A stretch of 57,552 bases of DNA, the filler included, from Sphacelaria rigidula (Eukaryota): NCBI GenBank assembly GCA_964200075.2. It is 7 parts of 7 records of this genome, joined end to end, with 100 filler letters (N's around TTAATTAATTAA, not from the genome) between each part and the next. Parts side by side here need not be neighbours in the genome. Positions count along the whole stretch, not along the records: positions 32,945 to 41,080 come from CAXNAA020012167.1; positions 41,181 to 49,316 come from CAXNAA020012168.1; positions 49,417 to 57,552 come from CAXNAA020012169.1; 4 more parts are not named here. One strand, 5' to 3'. Made by a program: the position numbers and the translations under genes. The notes under the pieces were generated by a model, which saw nothing but the letters and a program-made list of their open reading frames with translations, had not been told where the DNA came from and made no database searches. The first letter of the stretch is position 1; each line of letters opens with the position of its first letter. Shown here one piece after another: positions 37,737 through 49,480 of this stretch.

Positions 37737-37960
37737 GGATGGGGGTGCCTGATGAGCACCGTGCTGACCCAACTTCACCACCACAACGCGGCCTTGGCCA
37801 AGGGTGGTAGTGAGATTGAATCACTCCTTGAAGGCGATTCTGGCCCTACACCCGCCGAAAAGACCGTCCCCATGCCGTACCGACAAGACCGGCCATGGCC
37901 TTCATTGGAGAACGGGGAACGGAGTTATAGCTACCGTATTTTTGTACGCCAGGTCCAGCA
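37737..37960 (+). CDS. Possible internal exon, unidentified
   Basis: CAACAG acceptor, GTAAGC donor, open frame GWGCLMSTVLTQLHHHNAALAKGG...RIFVRQVQ. Confidence 0.35.
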
Positions 37961-38077
37961 GTAAGCTAGATCCTGCGGTATTGAGCGGGATCTTGAGAGA
38001 TTTCCGGTGTGGAGGCAGAAAAAGACAAATAGTGTGGAAAGGGGGGCTCGCTTGTACCCTCACCCCCATGCTTTTCA

Positions 38078-38150
38078 TGTGTGTGTGTGTTGTCGTCCCA
38101 TTTATTCTGGGCGCCAGTCTACCCCTTTCGAGATATGTGGGCGCATCAGC
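38078..38150 (-). mobile_element. SINE 3' fragment
   Basis: Family tail in reverse orientation. Confidence 0.8.
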
Positions 38151-38655
38151 TTCATGTACGAAATGGTTTCTTTCTCAGATGCACCTCGCTGCATGTGCGT
38201 TAGATGTAAATCAGAGTGGTCCCTCACCTTCACAAGATCCTCGATTTCCGGTTGAATGTCCGCTTCTGTTCCCTCTCCGTCGGCGCCGGCCAATAAGTAA
38301 GTATCCAACGCCATATTGATGCAGTTATTCAAGATTTCCTCCACCACGAACTGTTCGGTTTTCAGTTTTAAGGACAAAACAAGATGGCACAAGAGAGAAG
38401 CAAACAAAAGGAGCACGAGGTGAAGGAAGAAAGTGAGTCACAGGAACAAAATAAATGTGACGAAACAATTAGTGGAATACCCACGTGTCCATGGTGCCTG
38501 ACAAGTAACCCCGACTGTTGATAGTCTACAAATGACGATGGATAACAAAACAAAAATGTGAGCACGCACAGAGGACAAGAATCAACATGACTAATCCATC
38601 TTACGGACATGTCCCCATTGAAAATCAAATTGTCTCATTTGTCCGTCGAAGATTC

Positions 38656-40025
38656 CAAGGGCAGGTCGGGTAGGATCTGTGCATTTGAATACCCGGGTAA
38701 AATACCCGCGTATTTACTCTAAACAAGGTTTGGGTAGATTGGGTACGGCCTCAGATACTCTACCCAAATTTGGGGTAAGCCCTCTCGACGATACCTGGGG
38801 GTAGAATATCACTTGGGGTGAGCCCTCAAATACTTTACCTAATTTTTGCGTAGATTAGGTACGACCTCAAGTACTCTGCCCTAATTTTGGGTAGGTCGGG
38901 TACGACCTCAAATACTTTACCCAAATATTGGGTAAGCACTCTTAGCAATATCTGAGTATAGCGTATCATTTGGGTATGACCTCAATACTTTACCCAAAAA
39001 TTGGGTAAATTGGGTACGATATTCAATATTGTACCCAAATATTCGGTGAGGCCGTGTCTTAGCACATCATTTTCCGATTTTAAAAAAAGTGCGATGCAAT
39101 TGGTTTGAGTGAATTCGTTCTGTTCTCGCGAGTTGGGTCAATGCGTATTTGCAAGTTTTCACGGGCAGGTCGGGTGGGGGTACACCCAATTCTCGGTTTT
39201 TCTGAAAAGTCCCAAAAAATTGGGTCAAAAAATTGAAATCGCACCCAAAATACCTAAAATCGGGTAGAGTTTTCTGGATCGTGCCCAAGACACCCAAAAA
39301 TTGGGTAGAGTATTGAGGTCATATCAAGGTGATACTCTGTACCCAGATATTGCTGAGAGTGCTTACCAAGTATTTGGGTGGAGTATTTGAGGTCGTACCC
39401 TACCCAGTGTTGGGGCAGGGTATATGAGGTCGTACCCAATCTACTCAAAGTTTGGGTAGACGGTTTGAGGCCGTGCTCAATCTATCCAGATTTTGGGTAG
39501 ATTAAGTACCCGACGACTTCAGTGTATCTGTCCCTGTGCCCAACTCGTGCTTCATGTCGCGGGATTGCGATAGTAGCTGAAAAATGACTTGTGTGAGATT
39601 TTGCATGGTTTTGTGGACGGGTGGGTATCTTACCAGGTGGTCTGCAAGATGAGAGTCAGGCGCCGCTTCGTACCTTTCCTCCGAATGTTTTCGATCTAAA
39701 GAACCAGGGGCAGGTCGGGTAGGGTATGCACTTTGGAAGTCTCGGGTAAAATACCCGGGTATTTACTCTACCCAAATTTTGAGCAGATCGGGTCTGGTCG
39801 CAAATACTCTCTACCCCAATTTTCGGTAGATTGGTACGACCTCGAATACTCTACCCAAATCGTGAGTAGACTAGGTACGATCCAAACAGTCTGCCCAATT
39901 TTCGGGTAAGCAATCTCAGCAATACCTCGGTATAGAGTATCATTTGGGTGGGAGCTCAAATAGTTACCCAAATTTTGGGTAGATTGGGTACGGCCTCGAA
40001 TACTCTACCCAAATTATTTTGGGTG
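38656..40025. mobile_element. Cluster of non-autonomous elements with CAGGGGCAGGTCGGGT ends and ~40-bp TACCCAAA/TTGGGTA subterminal repeats
   Basis: End motif at 38656, 39160 and 39705; repeat TTGGGTAGATTGGGTACGACCTCAAATACTCTACCCAAA forward at 38730-39045 and 39765-40025, reversed at 39300-39500. Confidence 0.7.
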
Positions 40026-40412
40026 GGCACTCTCAACAATGGAGTTTTGGGGAGGGGGACAGGGCACAAAAACTCAGGGATAATTATCGAAGTTGGTATT
40101 CAAGGCCAGGATATGACAAATGCCCCTAGTTAAACCCTGAAAACGAAACCCTCAGAAGAGACGTGGCCAGCAACCAAGGGTTAATTTGAAAAATTCAAAT
40201 AATCCCTGAGTTGCTAACCATCCCAAAGCGTTGTTGCCCAACTCAGGTTTAGGAAACTGAACTAAACACCTCGCCCCACAACGACCAAGGTTACAGAAGA
40301 CAGCCGTAGGACAAACATCGTACGTGGGGCGATCGCGGATGCCGCACACGTCCGCGACAGCGCTGGTGATGGCAGCTCGTTCACGAGGGTCACCCAAGAC
40401 TACGAGGAAGAC

Positions 40413-40680
40413 TTGGAGGCGAACGGAGTAGCCGAGACACCAGTCAACCTGGCTGAAGATGGGGCGGAAGGGCGGAAGTCGGCCACTCATGCAGCGGCTT
40501 AGAGGACATCTATCAAATTGCTACCTAATGTCAAGCTTGCGTTAGCTCGCGCGGGTACCCCATCGTTGGGTGGCCATTTTGTCGATGACGTCGTAGCGGC
40601 TGCATGAGTGGCCAACTTCCGCTCTTCCGCCTTATCTTCAGTCAGGTTGATTGGTGTCTCGGACCTCCGTCCGCCTCCGG
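40413..40680 (+). ncRNA. Candidate long hairpin RNA / pre-miRNA
   Basis: ~118-bp stem, ~33-nt loop; 11 of 13 transition differences are G:U-compatible on the + strand. Confidence 0.5.
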
Positions 40681-41080
40681 GCAGCTAGGATTGCTGCGTA
40701 GTGTATGTTGCTGAGGATGAACGCACTTGCTCGACGTGTGCACATGCACAAACACAGGCACGTGTACACTTGTACTACAGAGAGTACACAACACTACAGG
40801 GAGTACGTAACACTTGAACTACAGAGAGTACAGGACTGTCAAGAGTGCAACAGTACGAGCTGGGCCAGCCTAGCGGCGGATTTGAAGTTTGCAGGTCCAT
40901 GCTCTTTTATAGATTTAGAGTTGGGCCCTGAAATTTGGTATGGACAGTGCATAGAGCATAAGAAAAAAAAATACTGAAGTATCAAAAGTTTTTTTTTTCA
41001 TGAGTTAAGGGCAATAATCGGTTTTCAGGTATTACCAAAATGCCCTAAAATAATAAAAAAAAAAAAAATGGTACTTCATT

Positions 41081-41180
41081 NNNNNNNNNNNNNNNNNNNN
41101 NNNNNNNNNNNNNNNNNNNNNNNNTTAATTAATTAANNNNNNNNNNNNNNNNNNNNNNNNNNNNNNNNNNNNNNNNNNNN
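41081..41180. other. Artificial contig linker
   Basis: Same spacer. Confidence 0.97.
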
Positions 41181-43454
41181 CCAGTCTGAACCAGCTACCA
41201 CGCCTTGTATGACCACCTCCGCCGTGGTTGTGTTGAGAACGGGTTGCGCGGTGAGGTTGTCGAACGCTACTACGTCGTACAAAGCAGGTTGCTTCAAACA
41301 GGACAATCAAAGAGGCGGCGTGGACGTTCAAGCGTGTGCAAGCTTGGACAGCGGCGCAAATTTTGGTGGCACATGCTGTTGCTCTGTCACATCCCAAGGA
41401 GGGCTATGAGATGATGATGTTTCCAGACGCGTCGGATCTCCATCGGTAGTTTCGTGACCCAGCTACCGAGAGCTGAATTGGACCGCGATATAGCGGTAGA
41501 GGACATGAGTCATGAGCCCCTAGGGTTTCTTAGTGGGACGTTTCGAGGAGCGCAGTTGCGGTGGGCTACGGTGGACAAGGAAGGATATGCCATCGTGAGT
41601 AGGTTTCGTAGGTTGGAGTACTTTTTGTGGGGAGAAGTGACCATATTTACGGACCATTGCACTCTCGCTTATATTTTTGATCCCGAAGCATGCGTGACCA
41701 CACTGGCGAAAACTGCCGCCCAGCACCTTGAATAATGGGAGACTGTACTCGGGCAGTATGATTACTCAATCAGGCATATTTTTGGTGAGCGTAAGTGCTG
41801 GGGAGATCTACTGTCCCGGTGGGTGAACATTCCAGTGGTATCCGTGAGAGCCATCGCTGTTTTTGCAAGTGGAGAGCCTGATGAGACGCTACCGTCGAAA
41901 GAGGCCGTTCGTGAAGCCCAAGAGCAAGCCCGTGAGGGGTTAGGAGGTATGGTTGATGAGGCCGAGACCTTGACTGCTGCTGTTGGGCGTGTCTTCAAAG
42001 ACGGTGAGGGTCTGTTTCGCGTGCATGTTGCAGGGAGGGATGTACTGTGGATCCCGCCGGAAGCGAGAGAACTACACACACGCTTGATGGTATGCGCTCA
42101 CATGAAAGGGGCTGGTCACCGAGGGGTTATGGCAACTTTACAGCGCTTACAAGAGTATTGTTGTTGGTTCCGGATGGAGACTGCTGTGACGGAGTTTGTG
42201 AAGCAGAGCCTGCACTGTTTGGATTCCAAGGCGGGGGAGAAAGTCCCGCATCCCTTCGGGGAGACGGTGCATGGTACACGCCCAGGGGAGGTGCTGCATT
42301 TTGATTTTCTCTACGTTGACGAGAGTGGCCCCCTGGGAAATAGTGGCTTGGACGAAGGAAACGGGTTCAAGTAAATATTAATCATGATGGACGATTTGAG
42401 CAACTTCGTGTGGTTGGAGCCCGCGGAGTCTTGTACGGCGGCCACGACGGTGAAGCATCTGTCGACATGGTGCAAAACGCTGGGGTCGCCAGCGGTATGG
42501 GTCAGCGATACAGCATCGCATTTCAAGAGTCGTGTAATGAGAGCGCTTGAGAAGGCGCTGAAGCTGGATCGCCGATTCGCGGTTGCTAACTCGCCATGGT
42601 CTAATGGCACTTGTGAGCGAATGATGCGTGAGATTGTTCGTACCTTGACGGCAATCTTGCAAGAGGAAAGGCGTGATGTTCGTAAATGGGTGAATTTGGT
42701 ACCTGCAGTACAGTGGGCATTGAACACTGCTTTCCGAGAGCGTTATGCTAGCACGCCATACCATGTTATGTTTGGCCGGGCACCGCGCACCAGTTTCTCT
42801 ACTCTGGCATCGTCAACTGGGGACGAATGGAGCGTCGATGTGCTTGATGAAGACGCTTTGAGGTGACAGGTGACGTCAATCGTTGAGGCTCAGCACGAGT
42901 TGCACAAGAAGGTGGCGCAGCGTGTCGACAAGAATCGCGATCTACAGAGACGTGTGGCTAGTGAAGGGAAGCTTCGTAACTTTGTGGTGAGCGATGACAT
43001 GCTGGCGGCGAGGGTGAGGCGTTCGGGAACTACGCCGAAGCTTGTGAGTACGTGGACGGGGCCCTGGCGGATTGTGACCGCGGAACAACAACATGTGTAC
43101 GAGGTGCAGAACATTGTGAATGGCGAGGTACAGGATGTGCATGTCGCCCGCCTTCGATTTTATGCGGACAAGGAGCTGAAGAATACGGCTGATGTTAAGG
43201 AGGTGTTCCAGTATGCTTTTGCACAAGGCGACTTCGAGATGGCGGCTATTGTCGGTATATCTGAGGACGAAGCAGGAGATGGATTTTATGTACAAGGGGA
43301 GTGGGTCAGCCTTGGCCAAGATGAAAACTCGTGGGAGCCTCTGGAAAATATTTTGGACGGAGCCCTGCAATTTGTAAAATCTGAGCTGCGTAAGTTGGGA
43401 CTAAGTAAAAAGGTGCGAGCACGTTTGCAGGCAAAGTATGGTATGAAGCTTTGA
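41181..43454 (+). pseudogene. pol: Gypsy pol 3' half: RNase H, integrase, GPY/F motif, chromodomain (element A)
   Basis: FPDASD, WATVDKEGYAIV, FTDH; CAHMKGAGHRG; LHFDFL, WVSDTASHF, SPWSNGTCER; TWTGPWRI; W..LGQDENSWEPLENI; a few in-frame stops. Confidence 0.93.
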
Positions 43455-43739
43455 AAATATGATGATATCGAATGCTACTGGTTGAGATGGTACTATACTT
43501 GACACCTTTGCTTTGTGTGAGAATGCTTACGTGGAAATTACCGTTGAAGAATGGTTGACTTCCCTGAGTTCGCTTGAGACACTGTCGTTGAGTGCCGATG
43601 TTCAAGGTTGTGCACATTATTGTTTTTGTGGAACATGACAGTACACGGTCGTGTGTCACTACCGGGGGGACAAAGGTAGCATACGTGATAGTCGGTGTCT
43701 ACTGTTTTGTCAAACTCGCGTTCTACTTCGAGTAGTGCG

Positions 43740-43917
43740 GAGTTTTGGGGGGTGCTGTAGAGTAATCCACCTCCAGTACACGTACGTGCAGGTTTATGAT
43801 GATCTACAAGTGGAACAATCTACTGTAGGCGTTTTGTATCGGTTGACAGGCCCTAGTGAGGGAGGAAGCCCTTGGAGCAATCTTGTCACCTTGTTCTGAG
43901 ACCAGGAGGGCTCTATA
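43740..43917 (+). repeat. Polypurine tract and putative 3' LTR of element A (LTR 43756-43917)
   Basis: GAGTTTTGGGGGGTGC then TGTAGAG...CTCTATA inverted termini. Confidence 0.55.
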
Positions 43918-46900
43918 ATCGACAGCTGGCGAGTCCGTGAGCGTTCCAGAAAAGCGGCACAATGACTGCCTGGTAGAGCCAGCAAGAGTTGCTTCTTCCA
44001 CACTTGGCCAGGTACGACCAGGAAAAGGAGTCTAAGGACTTCAACCGCGTGGTGAGACACGCGTGAGGAAGGGGCGCTGTGGCCATTGTCATTGTAAGGT
44101 GGTACAGCGCGTCTCGGTATAAGGAGAGAGTTGTTGTTCTTGTGAGTGGGTGGCGACTTCGTTTTTCAAAAAGGCGGTGTGGAGTGCTGTACTGCTGACC
44201 GAAATGGATGAGGCGCAGGAATATGCCATCGTCGATGGTCTTGTTCTTCCTGTACTGGCGCTGGAGATACCGTACTACGGCCGCAAGTTTTTGAGCGAGA
44301 GTCCAGCTGAGTCTTGACGCAAATATGAGCAGTATTTGCGACATGTAGACTATGTCGAGCGCGCGGTGGACAAACCTTTTTGAGGTGGCAGCAGTTTCTG
44401 AGCTTATACCCAAACATATTGCGAAATGTCTGTGTGACACGTTCATGAAATATGCTCATGATGTTGAGAACGAGCCGTTTCTTTTCGTATTGTGCAAACA
44501 TGCGTCGCCCGGTGGAGTGCATCGATCGCTCTGTGAAGTGCGCACTTGTCACACAGCCTGTATGTGTCGTAGGGACAGGTACGACGATGCACCCGCCGAA
44601 CGTGCAGTAGGTGATCCACGTTTGAAACAACGATACAGGGCAGCTGCTTGCACTGTGACAGCCGAAAAAACATGTGTCTGCACGAGGGGACAGGTACGAC
44701 AGTGCACCCGCCGAACGTGCAGTAGGTGGTGCCCGTTTGAAACAACGATATAGGGCAGCTTCTTGCACTGTGGAAGCCGAGAAGCATCTGTCTGCCCGAG
44801 AGGACAGGCACGATGGTGCACCCGCTGAACGTGCAGTCGGTAGGGCGCGTCTTAAGCAACGATACAGGGCAGTTGTTCCCACTATCAGAGCGGGAAGGAG
44901 ATACGGCACGTGTCTGCCAAAACGGGTAGGCATGAAAGCGCGCCCGCCGACAGTACCACGGTAAGCATTGGTTTAGATGCTGCTGGTATTGCTGCTGGAG
45001 AGGGCGAACATGCCACGCAGCTCGAAGGGAATGCAGGCAGCTCCGCTGCCGCTGTCGCCGTTCAGGAGTGCGCTGAGCAGGAGGTGGTGGCTGAAGCGGG
45101 GATATTCGATCCGGCCGCTGCTGCCACTGCTGTTGGAAGCGCAAAGCCAATTTGCTCCGATGAGCTAGCACTAAGCGGCAAAGAACCTGGTTGCTTGTGG
45201 CCGCCGGACCAGCGCGTGATAGGGAACGCACGTTGGATGCTCACCGCTGCAATGGGGTGTTATTTTCGTGATGAGAGTGAGAAGAGTAAGCTTGGGGCTT
45301 GCGATACTCAGGGCGAGTCTATCTGCACCAGAGATTCGGCGAGAGATATTCAGATGACTCGCAGGGCTGTCTGGTTGAAGGACAGGTGGATGCCGGGTTG
45401 GCGGAATTTCCGCCGAGGCAACGCGTAGCTGCGGACACGCCTTGCATGATCGAAACAACAGGGGCGTGTGACCCGCGTGAAGTGGGTACGCAGAGCAACC
45501 TGCAAGCTCGTGATGCTGTCAGCGATCACAATTATGACGGCGACGACGAGTGTCGCGTGGTGTTGGGGTGGTCATGTACACTGCTGTTTACATGGACAGC
45601 TTTGGCGAGCTAGGCGGCGATGGCGGAGGTGTCTCCACTGTTGCGCCGCGGGGTGTTTAAGGAGAATAGTGTGCCATGACGAGGTGCTGCTGTTCGGGAC
45701 TGTGTAGCTGTTCCCGTTTCGCCCCTGGTTTCCTCTGTAAAACTGCCTGAAGCACAGGTGTTCAGTACTGCACAAGTATCTGTGGAGGCAGATGGCTTGT
45801 CGCATTGGTTTGGTGGTGCGGATATACCGTTTAGTGGCGAGCTGAGCGGCTCCACGAGGGTGGGAGCTGTAGCTGGACTCATCGCGCGAGGAGCGAGTGT
45901 TCGAGTGGAAACGCTGCTGTGCGATGTGCATGGGGTCGTGGTTCGAGTGCTACTGTTTCTCAGGAGTGGGCTGGAGGACTGCAAAGAAGGCATTACCTTG
46001 AGGTGTTTACTGTTATGGCGAGCGCCGCGTTGGGTGCTGAGCAATTGCTGAGGTGATTGAGTGCTTGCTGAGAATGAAGAAACACATCATGACTGGTATT
46101 CGCGAATCGTTTTGAGGAAGATTGCAGCTTATTGTTGTGTGGTTGGTGGTCATGTTTGCGCATGAGACATGGTTGTCGAGCGGGTATGATCGTATCGCGT
46201 TTGTTTGGTGAAATGCTGGCGTACACGTGGGTATTTGGGATGTGTGTGTTGTGCTGATGTGGTTGGCTCGGACGATGCATGGTGTTTGCTGCGAGGAAGA
46301 TCGCATTGCATGTGCTGAGTACAATGCTGGCATGCATGTGCGGATTCTCATATGCTGGGTGTAAATTTGGCAGGCATGTGCGAGTTTTGCTCGAATGGTA
46401 CTGATATCAATGGTATCTGGTGACGACCTAGCATGGGGCAGTTTTCAATATACTGCTGTTTGCTAATTGAAGAGAAGCTCGTATAATCTTGTTCGCGCAG
46501 GAACACAGTCGAATCATATTTGTGCGGTTTTCTGACTGCAGGATATATGGATTGCTGCTGTTAGCGTGAAAATGAGCAAAACACTACGTGATGCGTAGTC
46601 TCGCACTTACTGTAGGAGACGGCGACACCTGCTGTTAGCGTGAAAATGAGCTAAAAGATACGAAATGCGTAGGCTCGTCGTATGAGAGCAGGTATTACGC
46701 GAGTGCTTGCGGTGGTTGAAGATCAACACAACATGCGCGCATGCATCAATGATCTTCGACCGTGGCACGTTTTTGTATGGATTGTCACGTGTTTGAACGA
46801 GCACGTAGTTGGTATTATGTTCATGTCAGAAGGAGCATGTGGATGATGCGTCCATTTGTTCGAATAACTGGTGCAGGTGGACTGGAAGAGTGTCGAGGAA

Positions 46901-47967
46901 ATCATTATTTCTACATTTTGGCTGATGCACGGATGGGATTTGACGGTCCAAGATCCAAACGAGATATAGATATATTCGGTATTTGCTCGTAAACAAGAGT
47001 TCGAGGACGAGATGACGAGGGGTGATCAATGATGGCGGAGGTCGAGGTCCGTTCGCCGCCGTTGGATTAGTATCCATGGCTTAAACAGCGGTTTGAGTCC
47101 TTTGATTGTCTGAATGAAATGATGGCAAGTTGAAGCATTGAAGCTTTGACGGCGAGGAGGCATGCGATGCATATGTTTTTTCCGGTGTTTCAGAAGCAAG
47201 AGGCCAGGTGCGTTTTCGACGTGTTGGGTGCATATTTCCTTCTAGCGTAAGGATGATGTACCATTTGGCTGTTGCACTCCGTTGCGCAGGTGTTGAACGT
47301 ACAAAGGGTGCATTTTGTATGTTGAGGAATACCTTGTCTCGGATGAGAGGGACGATGGTTACGAATGTTCTGGAATTTGACGTTTGCTGACATTGTCGGT
47401 TTCGAGCCGAGGTAGAGTCAAGAGACTTGTTTCGGGCGAAGATTTGAGAACTTGGCGCTAGCTATCGCTTTGTAACTCGAAGTGGTGCAAGTAGCGTGAT
47501 TGCATGTTCATGATGAACGATATTTTCTGGGAATCTCTTGCGAGTTGTTCGGAAGTGGGGCTAACTTGTATGGAGCTGTTGTCGAAAGCAGCGGAAGAGA
47601 TTGCTATTCTTTGCGGGAAACGGCGGTGCTATGAGGCACCAGTGATGTCTGAGTATGTCCAGCTCTGATGTGACTACTTGTTGGTAGTAGAGAGCTTTGG
47701 GGGTGCTGTAGACTCTAGCCACCATTGTTACTTAAGCTTAGGGACATTGTGTGCGTGGAGTTGCGGGTCTGATTGCCGGACTCTGTGATGGTTGACCTCC
47801 ATGACGAGTAGAGCGGGTTTTGCCACTCTGGTTGAGAGAGGCTATGCTCCTGTTCTCCTGCACTATGCTGAGGGCTAATATATGAATAACTAAAGCTGCT
47901 GAAGTCCATGTGCCCGTGATGGGAGGAGTCCACATGGCAATCTGATCTTGAGTGACGGAAGTTTACA
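43918..47967 (+). mobile_element. Heavily decayed non-autonomous Gypsy derivative (element B) with PPT and 3' LTR 47707-47967
   Basis: GAGCTTTGGGGGTGC PPT nearly identical to element A; LTR TGTAGACT...AGTTTACA ends exactly where element C integrase is cut; faint integrase and chromodomain similarity at 46890-47510. Confidence 0.65.
44565..44955. repeat. 114/115-bp tandem repeat, ~3.5 copies
   Basis: GGACAGGYACGA at 44573, 44688 and 44802; AACAACGATAYAGGGCAG in each unit. Confidence 0.9.
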
Positions 47968-49316
47968 TGCCGTATCACTGACCCATCTCTCCTGCGGCCT
48001 CAGCGCTTTGCATCGTGTCAATAGATGCTTCGCCGTCGTCGCCGCCGTACAAGACTCGGCGGGCTTCAACCACACGAAGTCGCCCGGGTCATCCATCCTC
48101 ACCAACATACACCAACATATACTTGAACAGATCTCCTTCGTCCAAGACATTAACTACCAGTGGGCCACCCTTGCCAACGCTAAGAAAATTGAAATGAAAC
48201 TCCGTCCCTGGGCGGGCACCATACACCAACTCCTTGTAGGGACGGGGAACTTCCTCCCTCGCCTTGTATGCACTCATCCAGCGAAAACAGGACTTCTCAG
48301 GCGTTACAATCGCCGCTCTCGTCCACACTATCTGCAAACTGCAGTACACGAGCCCGAGCGCCACCAATGTTGCGATGCAGTGTGCCAACCACGTCATCAT
48401 GACCGGAAAGTGCGCCCTCGACCGAGCCTTTGCCTCCACAGCAACAGATTTGAATTTCATCTTCAAGTTCTCGACGCGAGCAGGCGGATAACCATGCAGC
48501 ACTCGCATAAAAAGCTCGCTCTCTTCCGTACAGGCTCACGAATCTGGCTCACGTCGCTATCCGATATGCCGTTATTCGCGGCGGCTTGTACTGCCTCCTC
48601 CGGCGCAACATCAAGCTCAGCAAACTCTTGTTCCGGAGATACGCTCATCGCCGGACTTCTCGACAACAACCGCCCGACTGAGGAAATTAACGGGCTCCGC
48701 CCGACCTCCTGGTTGCTGTAAAGCGTCACCCCTGATACTGACACGCCGACAGCCCGTAAAATCAGGCGTGTTTACACCTCGCACCGAAGTGTTTCTTGCA
48801 CGTGTACAGGCACCTAAGCTACTGTATACGTCAATGCTCAGCGCCTCCAGCCTAGGGCTCCCCATGATCATCACATCATCTGTACCCGGCATGACCGTAT
48901 ATGAACATGGTTACCGTTAGCCAGTTTCACCAGCTGTTCACTTACCATCGGTTTGACCACTTTCGCCGCTACACCCACTGACATGGTCGTGATTCCCGAT
49001 CCCGAGTCTAAAATGGCCTTCACCGGACAAGCACGCTGTGCCCTGCCCTCGGTACAGACAAGTCGGTGAGAAACCATCGTTCCTCTTTTTCTACATGTAT
49101 GACCTCAGATTGAAAACCTGATACCTCACCGGCTTTGAGCGATCTCCATGACGACATCGCCTCAGATGTCCAGCGTGGGGCAATCACCAAAAACCGGTAT
49201 ACCGACGGTGTTTTCGCCAACATCCGGTATAGCTCACACCCCCCCTCAGAAAAGCTACTAATGCAGCCGCCTGATTGGCCACATCCCGCGGCGTGCGCAT
49301 TCTGGCGAAAACACAC
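47968..49316 (-). mobile_element. Internally deleted Gypsy element C (gag end, protease, RT start fused to integrase core)
   Basis: VKAILDSGSGITTMS protease; FVWLKPAESCTAATTAKHL and WVSDTA match element A integrase. Confidence 0.85.
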
Positions 49317-49416
49317 NNNNNNNNNNNNNNNNNNNNNNNNNNNNNNNNNNNNNNNNNNNNTTAATTAATTAANNNNNNNNNNNNNNNNNNNNNNNNNNNN
49401 NNNNNNNNNNNNNNNN
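49317..49416. other. Artificial contig linker
   Basis: Same spacer. Confidence 0.97.

Positions 49417-49480
<64 letters not shown>
49417..49480. repeat. (TTGC)n microsatellite
   Basis: Directly visible. Confidence 0.97.

Noticed and set aside
37750-37772. Hammerhead ribozyme core CTGATGA + small stem
   Set aside because: No GAAA after stem II; the other CTGATGA sites I checked also fail.
47935-47950. PBS (TGGCAATC) after CA at 47934
   Set aside because: The better inverted LTR terminus (AGTTTACA) is at 47967 and coincides with the break in element C.
47948-48721. 257-aa + strand ORF
   Set aside because: Antisense shadow of the minus-strand Gypsy pol fragment.
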